From: the human T2T-CHM13v2.0 reference genome, Homo sapiens
Strand: one strand, 5' to 3'
Length of the DNA: 64,000 nt
Assembly (NCBI RefSeq): GCF_009914755.1
Contig: NC_060931.1
The position numbers and the translations under genes were made by a program. The notes below the pieces were generated by a model. That model ran no database searches. It was not told where the DNA came from and was given only the letters and a program-made list of their open reading frames with translations. Positions 1 through 38,753 of this stretch are shown here, in pieces (within the stretch, counting starts at the first letter, position 1; each line of letters starts with the position of its first letter).

Positions 1-981
1 GTGGGATAGTAACTTCCCAATGAGTTCACCTTGCCCACTGCCTAGACAGAGCCAATTTATAAAGACGGGAATTGAAACGGCGAGAGAGTAATTTACGCAG
101 ACCCCGCTGTGTGGGAGACCAGCGTTGTTGCTGTTGTTTTGAGACTGCATCTCGCTCTGTTGCCCAGGCCTGGAGTGCAGTGGCGTGATCTTGGTTCACG
201 CCATTCTCCTACGTCAGCCTCCCGAGTAGCTGGGACTACAGGCGCCCGCCACCACACCTGGCTAATTTTTTGTATTTTTAGTAGAGACGGGGTTTCACCG
301 TGTTGTTAGCCAGGATGGTCTCGATCTCCTGACCTCGTGATCCGCCCACCTCGGCCTCCCAAAGTGCTGGGATTACAGGTGTGAGCCACTGGGCCCGGCC
401 GGATTAGAGTTTTTAAAGACAATTTGGCGGGTAGGAGCTTAGGAAGTAGGGAGTGCTGATTGGTCAGGTTGGAGATGGAATCGTAGGGGGGTCAAAATGA
501 GGTTTTCTTCCTGTCTTCTGTGCCTGGGTGGGATGGCAGAACTGCTTGAGCCAGATTACCACTCTGGGTGATATCAGCTGATCCTTCCAGTGCAGTTGCA
601 GGGTCTGCAAAGTATCTAAAGCATGGATCTTAGGTTTTGCAATAACGATGTTATCCCCAGGAGCAATTTAGGAAGGTTCAGACCCTTGGAGCCAGAGACT
701 ACATGGCCCCTAAATTGTAATTTCTAATCTTGTAGCTAATTTGTTAGTTCTGCAAAGGCAGACTGGACCCCAGGCAAGAAAGGGGTCTTTTCGGGAAAGG
801 GCTGTTACCAGTTTTGTTTCAGAGTCAAACCATGAACTGAATTCCTTCCCGAAGTTAGTTCAGCTTATGCCCAGGAATGAATAAGGACATCTTAAGCGTT
901 AGAAGCAAGATGGAGTCGGTTAGGTCTGATTTCTTTCACTGCCATAATTTCCTCAGTTATAATTTTGCAAAGGCGGTTTCA
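1..981 (-). mobile_element. LTR8-family ERV1 LTR, interrupted by an AluY
   Basis: The reverse complement of the 3' end reads TGAAACCGCCTTTGCAAAATTAT..., the LTR8 5' terminus. Internal segments such as GACTCCATCTTGCTTCTAAC and TTTGCAGACCCTGCA also match. Confidence 0.85.
137..400 (-). mobile_element. AluY-like with internal deletion, inside LTR8
   Basis: TTCACGCCATTCTCC and GATCTCCTGACCTCGTGATCCGCCC diagnostic segments. Confidence 0.85.
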
Positions 982-1080
982 GGATTTCGCCATGCCGCCC
1001 AGACTGGTCTCAAACTTTGAGGTCAAGTGATCCTCCCACCTCAGCATCCCAAAGTGCTGGGATTACAGGCATGTGCCCGG
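982..1080 (-). mobile_element. Alu left-arm fragment (old Alu, truncated at the LTR8 terminus)
   Basis: GATCCTCCCACCTCAGCATCCCAAAGTGCTGGGATTACAGGC directly abutting the LTR end. Confidence 0.75.
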
Positions 1081-1185
1081 TCTTGCATATTTTTTAAATC
1101 GGATTTTTTATTTGTATAAATTTATGGGGTTCAAGTGCAATTTTCTTACATGCCAGGTTGCACAGTGGTGAAGTCAGGCATTTAG

Positions 1186-1540
<355 letters not shown>

Positions 1541-1957
1541 GATCTTTTTTTTTTTTTTTTTAAATAGTTGGTTCTGAGACTTTGATCTTGCCAAAAGAAA
1601 AAGTTACAAAAAATTTTGTTTAAAAATTAAATTGGCTTTTATTAGTGATTCATGAATCAGGGAGCACCTGATCTAAAGATTTAGAAAAAGTCTTTGCCGT
1701 TTTTTTTTTTAAATAATGATATAAACCGTACTTGTTATTCCTTATTTCATCATTTGAAAAAATATGTGATCCTTTCTCACTCCTTACATGTATAGTCCAC
1801 AAACTTTTGGTCAGTAGTTTACTTGTCAGTGAGATCTCCCATAGGCATATAGACCAAGCCTAGCATTGCAAATGTTTTGGCCTGTTGACCTCAGAAAGGT
1901 ATTATTAAGGTATAGTATATATAAGTACTGAAGGCACAGTAATGGCTTGCTCTGTAG

Positions 1958-2150
1958 TAGGGGTCTGCAAACTACTGCCACCAGTTTTTGTAGATAAAGT
2001 TTAACTGGAACCCAGCCATGTTCATTCAGTTAGGCATCTGTGAGTGCCTTTTCACTATGCACTGCAGACTTGAGTAGGAGATGCAGAGACCCTGTGGCCT
2101 ACAAAACCTCAAATATTTACTATCTGACCCTCTACAGAAAAAGATTGCCA
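1958..2150 (+). mobile_element. MER58A (hAT-Charlie)
   Basis: AGGGGTCTGCAAACTA...TAAAGTTTAACTGGAACCCAGCCA...AAATATTTACTATCTGACCCTCTACAGAAAAAGATTGCC. Confidence 0.8.
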
Positions 2151-2469
2151 AGTGGTACTTTATAGAATTTTATCTTTGCTTCATAGATATTTTGCATTTT
2201 ATAGAAAAAGTATTCCAAGGTAGAAAATAGAGGAAGCTTTCTCCTCGAGTTTTCGGTTTGGGCAGATCTGTGTACCATGCTCTCAGGGCAGTGGGGTTGT
2301 GAAGAGATACACGAGTCTCTCAGATGAGTCTTCAGGACTGCCATGTTTCCCAGGAAGGGGATAACCCATGTGTCTGCTGCCTGTGTGTATCCAGCTGTAA
2401 TGTCACCAGCAGGTTTGAGAAATCATTCCTGTTGTTTGATGTGGTTGTGCGATTTTATCTTTTTTCATT

Positions 2470-2682
2470 TGTTTATTTTAGAGACAGAGTCTCGCTCTGT
2501 TGTCTAGGCTGGAGTGTAGTGGTGCAAATAGCTCACTGCAGCCTAACCTCCTGGGCTGAAGGGATCCTCCCACCTCAGCCTCCTGAGTAGTTAGGAATAC
2601 AGGTGTGCACCACCATCCCTGGCTGATTTTTTGTTTTAAAATGAAAAATTCAAACAATGTGGAAACCAAGCCACGCCCAGCT
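2470..2682 (-). mobile_element. AluJ partial
   Basis: GAGACAGAGTCTCGCTCTGTTG...CCTCCCACCTCAGCCTCC. Confidence 0.8.
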
Positions 2683-2711
2683 TGATTGTGAGATTTAATG
2701 ATTCTTGGAAT

Positions 2712-3010
2712 GGGCTGGGTGCGATGACTCACACCTGTTATTGAGCACTTTGGGAGGCTGAGGCAGGAGGATGGCTTGAGGCCAGGAGTTCGAGACCAGC
2801 CTGGGCAACATAGGGATATACCATCTCTACAAAAATTTGAAAAAATTAGTCAGGCATGGTGGCTTGTTCCTGTAGTCTCGGCTGCTAGGGAGGCTGAGGT
2901 GGGAGGATCACTTGAGCCTAGGAATCTGAGGCAACAGTGAGCTATAATTGTGCCACTGCATTCTAGCCTGGGTGACAGTGAGACCCTGTCTCTAAAATGA
3001 AATAAAATAA
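2712..3010 (+). mobile_element. AluJ
   Basis: GGCTGGGTGCGATGACTCACACCTG... with an A-rich tail. Confidence 0.9.
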
Positions 3011-3194
3011 AAATAATAATTCTTACAATGAAGGTAAGAGAGAAGGAGAATGGGTGGCCATCCAGGTGTGATGGGGGTTCTTCATTGGTGGAAGAGAGAG
3101 AATACTCTAGAGACAGCCTAGCAGAGGACACTGGGAGGCAGATATCCATACTTGGCATAACAGTCTTTCAGTGAGACAAGAATTCTCTATGTGC

Positions 3195-3479
3195 ATTTTT
3201 TTTTTTTGAGATGGAGTCTCGCTCTGTTGTCCAGGCTGGAGTGCAGTGGTGTGATCTTGACTCACTGCAACCTTGGCTTCCTGGGTTCAAGCAGTTCTCC
3301 TGTCTCAGCCTCCCAAGTAGCTGTTTATGCCAGCATGCCCGGCTAATTTTTGTATTTTCAGTAGAGACAGGGTTTCACCATATTGGTCAGGCTGGTCTTG
3401 AACTCCTGACCTCAAATTATCTATCTGCTTCAGCCTCCCAAAGTGCTGGGATTACAGGCATGAGCCACCACACCCAGCC
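3195..3479 (-). mobile_element. AluS with TSD CTCTATGTGCATT
   Basis: Full dimer; duplicated flank at ~3185 and ~3480. Confidence 0.9.
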
Positions 3480-3596
3480 CTCTATGTGCATTATTATGAC
3501 AGACACATAAGGTAGCCTGGGGAGTTTGGAAATCTATACAAACCTAAAATTTTCCAACTCACCTAAAGGGCTTAGTTTTGTCAGGGAGCAATTTCT

Positions 3597-4027
<431 letters not shown>

Positions 4028-4499
4028 TCAGGGAGCAATTTCTGATTGGCAGCTTTGGTTTGCTAAATTATAGACAGTTGACCTTTTATCTCAAACCATA
4101 CAATTGCGCTGTCATTGAATTTCCTTCTCCCCACCAGTAAATGCCATGGCAAGTTCTAGTACCAAATGATACTTTCTCTTGTGTCATAAAGGTAGCATCT
4201 CTTAATACATTTGAATTTGCTATTTATTTTACATGAAATAAAAATAATTTATGTTAAAATTACTATTCTGAGAGCATTATGCTATTTACTGTATTTAAAA
4301 TAATTATTACTTTAAAAAGTTTAAAATTAATGTTACTAGGAAAATTCAGACAATATGGAAGTGTATAGAGCTTAGAAAATGACATGATCACCATTTTCAC
4401 TGTACAGATTTACAGTATTAGAGGTTGACCATGATAGTTCACTGTGATGTTTTGGAACAACTGGTTGAAACTGCTTTCAACTTTCCCAAGTTTCCTATT

Positions 4500-4814
<315 letters not shown>

Positions 4815-5029
4815 TAGTTGGACTTGGTCTGTAGCATCTTAAGGTGGCCAATTATCAGACTCCTATTAGATAGAACTGCAGAGTTCTGCCTGGCTGGGAA
4901 AAGCTCAAGCCCTTTGGGGAAATTTAAGACCCCAACTTTGAACCATTTGTTCACATTACAGAGTCATGGAGGCAGCCTGTGGCATTGGAAGGCCACCCTA
5001 GGGAAGCAGACTGGCTTTGGTTGCAGTGG

Positions 5030-5165
5030 AACTTGAGCACTTGCACTCTTTCATAGTGTGACCTTGGGCAACTTAACCCCTTAACCCCTCTGACCTTCCG
5101 CTTTCTTGTGAAGTGGGGATATTCAAATCCTCACAGGACAGTTGTGAAGTTTAATTACACAAGGA
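5030..5165. mobile_element. MIR fragment
   Basis: GTGTGACCTTGGGCAACTTAACC core. Confidence 0.6.
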
Positions 5166-5649
5166 AACACAGCTATGCCCTGGTGGAGAAATTCAGTCAA
5201 ATGGGAGAGACAGAGGGTATCTAAACATCATGATGCAAGCGAAGTTAATGGCACCAGGGGACTGCACAGCACGCGGTTGTGTAATGGGGCAGAGAGCCCG
5301 GGAAGTGATTTCTGTGCAGAATCCTGGCAGAGTTTGCTGGTGCCTGGAAAGGGTGAAAGTATGAGGGTAGAGGTTCAGCCGTGTGGAGCACGTGATGTGT
5401 GTGGGGAGCATGGGCAGATCCTGAGATGGTGGAACCCACCGGCTAACTTGGCTCTGGTGCAGGAATCCCATGATAACCGGACTTGAGCCGCTCCTCCTCC
5501 TGGCCTCCTCCCCTTGGCATGACCCAGGCCTTCTGTGTAGAGGGCCTTTTTCCTTTTGCTTTCCTGGCTATCTCACACCATCCTTTAGGCCTCAGCGGAA
5601 GTGCCATTTTCTCAGTAAACCCTCTCCACCCCCACTTAGTCCCTCCATT

Positions 5650-6290
5650 CTTTAAAGTTTTGTTTTAAATGGTAAAAAACACACAACCTAAAATGTACCA
5701 TCTGATCCATTTCTAGGTGTACAGTTCAGTGGTGTGAAGGATGTTCACATTGTTGTGCCGTTGATCTCCTGAACTCTTTTCATCTTGCACAACTGAAACT
5801 CTGTACCCACTCAGCTGCCCCCCACCCCCTCTCCCTCCCATACTTGGCAGCCACCATTCTACTTTCTGTCTCTGAATTTTTTTTTTTTTTTTTTTTTTGA
5901 GATGAGGTCTCTCACTCAAGCTGGAGTGCAGTAGCACAGTCTCAGCTCACTGCAACTTTTGCTTCCCAGGCTCAAGTGATCCTCCTACCTCAGCCTCCTG
6001 AGTAGCTGAGACCACGGGCGTGCCATGACTCCCGGATAAGTTTTTGTTTTTGGTAGAGTTGGGGTTTTGCCCTGTTGGCCAGGCTGGTCTCTAACTCCTG
6101 ACCTCAGGTAATCTGCTTGCCTTGGCCTCCCAAAGTGCTAGGATTACAGGTGTGAGCCACCACACCTGGCCTCTGCCTCTGAATGTGACTGCTCTTGGTA
6201 CTTCATACAAGTGGAATCATACGGTGTCTGTCTTTTTGTGACTGGCTTATTTCATTTGGCCTGTGTCCTCCAGGTTTATCCCTGTTGTGT
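5650..6290 (-). mobile_element. L1M (L1MB-like) 3' fragment interrupted by an Alu at 5877-6171
   Basis: TGTACAGTTCAGTGG...TTCACATTGTTGTGC, GGCAGCCACCATTCTACTTTCTGTCTCT and AAGTGGAATCATAC motifs. Confidence 0.75.
5877..6171 (-). mobile_element. Alu
   Basis: Poly-T followed by a dimer; CTCTGAAT on both flanks. Confidence 0.9.
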
Positions 6291-6507
6291 GTTTTTCCAT
6301 TCCTATCACACGGTGTCCTTTCCTATCAGTTCCACATTATAATTAGGAAGTCGCCTCCAAAGCTCTGAGCCTGCTGTGTACTCCACCGTGTGTCCTGCTT
6401 GCACCTCAGCCCATGGCACATAGCAGGAGCTCCACAAAGAGTGACTGAACGGAATCTCCAGTTCCAACCCCAGTCTGTCTTTCCAACCTAATCTCGACTG
6501 GTCCCCT

Positions 6508-6947
6508 CTTGACTAGCTTCTTATAGCTGCGGCAATAAGTTACCACAAGCTTGATATTTAGAACAGCAGAAATTTATTCTGTTACAATTTGGGATGCTGG
6601 AAGTCCAAAATCCAGGTGGCAGCAGAGCCCTGCTCCCCTGCAGAGGCCCTAGGGCAGAATCCCCGCCTTGCTTCTTCCAGCCCCAGGGGCTCCATGGCTG
6701 GGGGCTGCATCCCTCCCCCTCCTCCGTCTTCGTCTTCACATGTTCTTCTCTGTGTTCTCCTCTCTTTCTCTTATATGGGCACTTGCCATCAGATTTAGGG
6801 TTCACTCCAGTCATCCAGGATGATTTTATCTTGAGATTCTTAATTATGTCTCCAAAGACTCTTTTTTCAAATAAAGTCACATTCACAGGTTCTGTGGATC
6901 AGGACATGGACCTATCTTTATGGCAGCCACAATTCCACCCCACTACA
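6508..6947 (-). mobile_element. MLT1 (MaLR) LTR
   Basis: AACAGCAGAAATTTATTCT...GGAAGTCCAAAATC...AAATAAAGTCACATTCACAGGT...CCACTACA terminus. Confidence 0.8.
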
Positions 6948-8147
6948 CCCTCTGAGAACCCTGTCCCCCAGCTGATCTGGCCTGGTCACGATCTCTGGAC
7001 CATAGGGCACGCTTTTCACCAGGCTCTGTGGGTGTTGTTGTTGCTCCTCCGCTCCCCTGGAGGTCCTGCTTTTTTTCCTTGAACACTGAGATCCCCTGCT
7101 CTCCCATTCCCTCTCCATGGGTCCTCTGACTGCTCCAGGGGAGAGGGACTCCCTTCCTCTTGGAAAGCTTCCTGCTGCTGCTCGGGTGCAGCTCGCTTGC
7201 CCCTTCCAGAGGCCCTGTGGGGTCTCTCGTCTGCACCTCCACACGGCCCTGGAAGCGGAGCCTGTGTTCCTGCTTCCCTGTGTTCCCTATGGTGCCAGTG
7301 ACATGAGTATAGAGACTCTGGGAATACGTGTGGGGGATAATAGGGACCCGGAAAGTGGGCTCAGACACATACTGATATTATCAAAGTGAAGGCAAATAGT
7401 AGACCTGCAGTCATAGTCACCCTCAGTTGTAAGAATACATATGTGTGGATATAGGCAGGGAATTTAAATTTGCTTTTTGTTTTTGGCAGGGAGCAGGTGT
7501 TAAATCTAATGAGCTTACATACCAAGTGGGTTTCAAGAACAATTGACAACCCCAGAGACATGCAGGGCCTGGAATCAAACAACAGGCTGGCTGCACTGCT
7601 CAGAAGGTCAGAGTCAAGGTCCTGGCTTTATCCCGCTGAGGGCCACACCATCTCTTATGTGACCTCTGGAGTAATATAAGTGTCACAGGAAGGGCCTGAT
7701 CCCAGAAGGTTTGAGTTTCCGGTAAAAGCGTCAGGGCTGCCTCTGGTGGTGGATCTCTCTGCGCGTCTTTTCCAGCCAGCATCCCCCCGCACATGGCTTC
7801 TGCTCCCCGGCATCTCCAGCTTCCTCGCCAATTCACTAAGGCTCCAGCCCCAGCCTGACTGGCTGGCCTTGCGGTTTGAAGGTCTGTCATCATCCAGCTG
7901 CCTTGGACTCTTTGGGGTCCAGACTCCTAACCCCTGGTGTGGACTGATGTTCACCTTGGTCCTGCCAGCAGGAGAGGGCAGCGTGGGAGGAGCAGAGGCT
8001 CACATGTCAGGGACTGTGGGGCGGGGGGGGCTCTGTCAGGGGATTTGGGTGGGAGGCCATGAGTGGTGTATCCACTCCAGTTTGGAGGTTCCAAATGACC
8101 CAGTGTGGATATCTTATTTTTCAGATTGATCGTGTCCTGTGCTGAAG

Positions 8148-34258
<26,111 letters not shown>

Positions 34259-35134
34259 AAAATAATTCTAATGTTACTATCTTAGGAATAGCAAATTATG
34301 TCCAGTCATAGAGAAGAAAGCTTCATAATAATACATTCTTACCTAAAGCTCACTGTCATGATGTTAGGTATTTAAATTCTTAAAGATGTTGGGTTGTTTA
34401 TTAGTGGTATTTTTATGTTGTCTTATTTTAGGTAAGCTTCTGTGTAAAGCTAAAAATCCTGTGAATACAATACTATCCTTTACAGGCAGACATTATTGGT
34501 AAACAAGATCTTGCCCTCCAATGAAATGACTTACATGTTTTAAAAAACCGAGTTGGTTTTATTGAATTTAAAAAGATAGGTAACTAAGTAGCATTTAAAA
34601 TCAAGATAGAGCATTCCTTCTTGTATCAGTGGGGCAGTGTTACCATAAACACGGTGTATATGTTGTTAAACCCTATGAAGAGTAACAGTGTAGACCAGAC
34701 TGCCTCTCTCAGATATGTGCCTGATATTTTGTGGATACCTCCCCTGCACTGGCAAAACACTATGCTTTTGGGTGTTAGACTGAAATATTTTAAGAGTATT
34801 TAACCTTTCCAGTATTCTGTTTCACGCTTAGATGGAAATGTATCTTATGAATAGAGACATATTAAAATAATGTTTACATCTTAGAAAAAACATAGATAGT
34901 GCTAGTAATATTACTTATAACTGTAATATATAGATTCAGAAATACATTTTCATTATCCAAAATCAGCTTCAACAAATGGTTTCTGGAGACAAATAATTTG
35001 TTTTCATTATCATTGTATAATCAGGTTAATGATTTATTTTTTGACTAAATGTGCAATTTCTTATCACTAGATAACTTTCAGTATCAGTGGTGGTTACTTA
35101 TTACTTAAATCAGAGGAAGGATTTTATAAAGATT

Positions 35135-35158
35135 AATAAATTTAATTTTACCAATAAA
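35135..35158 (+). terminator. Two proximal AATAAA hexamers, candidate alternative polyA site
   Basis: AATAAA at 35135-35140 and 35153-35158 inside the 3'UTR. Confidence 0.4.
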
Positions 35159-35993
35159 TATTCCCATAATTTAGAAAAGGATGTCGACTTGCTAATTTCA
35201 GAAATAATTATTCATTTTTAAAAAGCCCCTTTTAAAGCATCTACTTGAAGATTGGTATAATTTTCATAAAATGTCTTTTTTTTTAGTGTCCCAAAGATAT
35301 CTTAGATAAACTATTTTGAAGTTCAGATTTCAGATGAGGCAACATTTTCTTGAGATAATTACCCAAGTTTCATCCATGTTGAATGGTACAAAATATTTCT
35401 GTGAAACTAACAGGAAGATATTTTCAGATAACTAGGATAACTTGTTGCTTTGTTACCCAGCCTAATTGAAGAGTGGCAGAGGCTACTACAAAAAGCAACC
35501 TTTTCATTTTCACTAAGAGTTTAAAAGCTATTGTATTATTAAAAAGTCTTTACAATGCTTGTTTCAAAGAACCAACAGAAAAAAAAGCTAAGAAAACTGA
35601 GAACTAACATTAAAAAAATTAAATTTAGAATAAGAATGATTTCTTTAATTTGTCCTTTTTTTCTTTGGTCTAAAACATTATTAAATTTTTGTAAATATTT
35701 TGATTTAATGTGTCTTAGATCCTCATTATTTTAATACAGGAAAAGAAAAGATTTAGTAATTTCTTACCATGCTAATATGTAAAGTTCATGCCATCCAGGC
35801 ATTTAAGAGCGATCCTCATCCCTTCAGCAATATGTATTTGAGTTCACACTATTTCTGTTTTACAGCAGTTTTGAAAAACACATACTATGCCACCAATTGT
35901 CATATTATTTTTAGATGATGTAACATAGCCATCAAAATTAATATTATGTAATGCCTAATACTTAGTATGTAAATGTCACGAGATCATTTTTAC

Positions 35994-35999
35994 ATTAAA
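35994..35999 (+). terminator. Distal polyadenylation signal ATTAAA
   Basis: ATTAAA with upstream TGTA elements (e.g. 35947, 35968) and downstream U-rich sequence. Confidence 0.65.
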
Positions 36000-37772
36000 C
36001 GTGAAAAAAAATCAACTTTGCCGGATCACTTATTTTATACAAGAGAATATATTCTGCCTTAGACCCAAACTCAGTGTTTTTTATTTTTTATGAGGAAATT
36101 TGGTAAAACATGGTTTAATATTAGCTATAGTTGTACATATTTGAGGCTTTTAGCCTTGGTTTAGTTGTTTCAATGTCCACACACTGGCTTCTTAAAACTG
36201 ATTTCTTGCAGCTGAGATATTTAGATGAACTTCAGTTCCCAGTGGTTTTCTTGCTTTGTCTCTTATTTTTCTCTGGCATATTTTTTATAAAGCTTTCTTT
36301 AGGAAAAAGAAAATAATTACTGATGTAGCTAACTTGAATAGATGTTTATTTAACACTATTTTTAATGTGACTTAAATGTAAAGAATTCTAATCCTGGATT
36401 CTTTATGATTACAATACAGCAAAACTGCATTTTCCCTGGCTGATTCTTAAAGGGTAAACTATTCACCTATAAAGCCAACTTACGTGTTTTGTTGTAGAAC
36501 TAGATTTATATATAACCCAAAGGTGTCAACAGCACTGAACGTCAACAACCTGTTACTTCGGCTTCTTATAAAGTCTCACTTAGAAGAAAGTTACTTAATT
36601 CTAGTTAAAATTTCAAGTTTTAAAAATTACTAGGGACAAACAAGTATTTATTTTTAAGCAGATACTATTCCTTAAGATATGAAGTATCTTGCCAGTTTTT
36701 CAAACCTAGTCCACATTTTATTGAATAATTAAATACAAACAAGTGATATGCAGTATAAAGTAAAAGAACAAAGTTTCTTTTATGACAATTAAGAAGTTAA
36801 ACAACTTCATTTAGCCTGGCCACAATAACCGTTATATCCAACAGTAAACTGGACGTTGTTTTGAATTTGGTTTGTATTTGTTGGATGCCTTAAGGATTCA
36901 TTATTATTGAGCTACTGTGGTACCAATAAGGTTTTCAGTATTTGAGCTATAAAAGACAACCCCTTTTCATTAGAGGCCCCTTAACATTTTAAACGAAAAT
37001 AACAAAGCTTATTCTGTTTCTAAATAGTCTTCCTCTTAATATTTAAATTACTTAGCTGGTATCCTGTGAATACAAGGCAACATCTTTTCAATGAAGGAAA
37101 CAATTTCAGTACAATTTTGTGTTTTTGTTTGGAATATAGACCTTTTCTTAGTTTATTATATATAAACACATTTTCAAATACAAAATACTGTCTGAAATTA
37201 GTTACTGCAATTTGACATTCAAAGCATAGAATTTTCTTTGCAAATAAAGGTCATAAGAAATTAATAATTTTAATAGAGTGGAGTTCAAAAATTTCAGAAG
37301 GATGTAAATAAGCAACAATTTCTTTAACATTTGCTATATATACAAAGGACTTTGGTTCTATTCTTTGCCATATGCATCTTACAAACGAGTCACCATTGTC
37401 CCTTTTTAGCAGACACAATTGCGCTTCACTCCTACTGCAAACTTTTCTAGATCATGAGCAGTGCATTGGACACTAATTTATTTTAGCTGCGCAAACTCTG
37501 GTAGTTAATGACCCTTTCTCTTTCTCCAAAATTCCAAAGACTTCTTTTCAAAAGATATAGAGGAAAAGAGAAAAAAAACCATTAAGCTACAATTTCCTGC
37601 TGAATTTAAACTCTGGTCTAAAGACACTATGTAAATGGCTTATGCTAAAGAGGAAAATACCCTTTCTCCCCCGACGAGAAGTGTAGATTCATCCAACCCC
37701 ACACCGCTTGTCTTTGCTGCTAGAGGCACAGCACGGGCATAACTTGTGGTTGTGTTTTTGCTAGTTTCTTAC

Positions 37773-37960
37773 CTCTGGGCCTTCTTTATAGCTTTGCCCC
37801 CCACCCCACTGGCGGTGGCGCTCCCGCGGCTGCACCCTCGGCCGCCTGTTGGTTGCGGCGCCTCCGCGGCCCGCGCGCATCCCCCGCGCTGCGTCCCGCA
37901 CACGCGCGCTCCCGCCGCGTCCCGCCCGGGCCGCTCCGCTGGCGGCGGCGACTGGGCTGC
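37773..37960 (-). ncRNA. Candidate first exon of a lncRNA antisense to SNX10 (5' end uncertain; I recall an SNX10 antisense transcript annotated here)
   Basis: Minus-strand donor GAG|GTAAGA (plus strand tcttac|ctc at 37767-37775) at the CpG-island edge, pointing toward the SNX10 3'UTR. Confidence 0.5.
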
Positions 37961-37988
37961 AGGTAGCGAGCCAGCCGGCCTCGGTCCC

Positions 37989-38025
37989 GTAACCCATGGC
38001 AACCGCCCTGGTAACCCATGGCAAC
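37989..38025. promoter_or_regulatory. Tandem RFX X-boxes (GTAACCCATGGCAAC x2)
   Basis: Identical 15-mers at 37989-38003 and 38011-38025, each a full match to GTNRCC-N3-RGYAAC. Confidence 0.8.
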
Positions 38026-38703
38026 TGCGCGGCGGAAAGAAAAAAAAGAACCGTGGTGGGGCGGGGGGCGGCGGGCGGTGAATGGGAACAACGACCGCAA
38101 AGAGACAGCGATTTACCGCGCGGGCCTGCGGCTCCCGGCCGCACCTGCTGCAGACGGCCCGCGAGGCCCCTTCCCGCGCTACGGTGACGATTCTGGCTGC
38201 TGGGGAAAAGAGCAATAAGCAGAAAGCCCTCGTGCAGAGGGGATCCGGGCGGTGCACTTGGTGTGGGAGGCTGCCTTAAACGCCGATGACCCTCCCGGCC
38301 TCCGCGTGTCCCGGCTTCCAGGGCCCCGCCAGGCTGGAGAGCGCGCGTGGAGAGGGCCTTGCCGCCTGGGGGTTGGTTGAGGGGCGGCCGCGCCGGGGCC
38401 GGGGCTGGACTCCAGGCTTTGTTCTGCAGACGCTCGCGCCCGGCCGGAGGAGGGGCTACACCGTGCTGCCCCGGCCCCGTGGGGCCCGGCCCCCGAGGGT
38501 CCCCGCGAGCGGACGCGGTGGGGCCGGGCAAACTCTACGTGCCCTAAATTTTGTCATCTGCACACGCATCGCACACATTAGTTAACCCCTTTCCCTTCTA
38601 GGCCCCCGAGAACCTAACCTGCCCGGCGGGCGCGCGGCTGCGTTAACCTGGCCCCTTCCGTCTGGAGAGGGAGGGGACGGTCGCGCCTGGTGGTAGGACT
38701 GGG

Positions 38704-38706
<3 letters not shown>

Positions 38707-38751
<45 letters not shown>
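38707..38751. repeat. (TG)22 microsatellite inside CpG island 1
   Basis: Uninterrupted TG run. Confidence 0.97.

Positions 38752-38753
<2 letters not shown>

Larger units (their letters stand above)
34259..36015 (+). other. SNX10: SNX10 3'UTR (end approximate)
   Basis: AT-rich, repeat-free sequence after the stop codon, ending just past ATTAAA at 35994. Confidence 0.7.

Noticed and set aside
6521-7389. Cluster of 100-160 aa ORFs
   Set aside because: Mostly MLT1 LTR and GC-rich intron; no coherent splice or protein signal.
37746-38585. Overlapping long ORFs (up to 256 aa) in CpG island 1
   Set aside because: Stop-codon depletion in GC-rich DNA; low-complexity Pro/Arg/Gly/Ala sequence in several frames with no recognisable domain.
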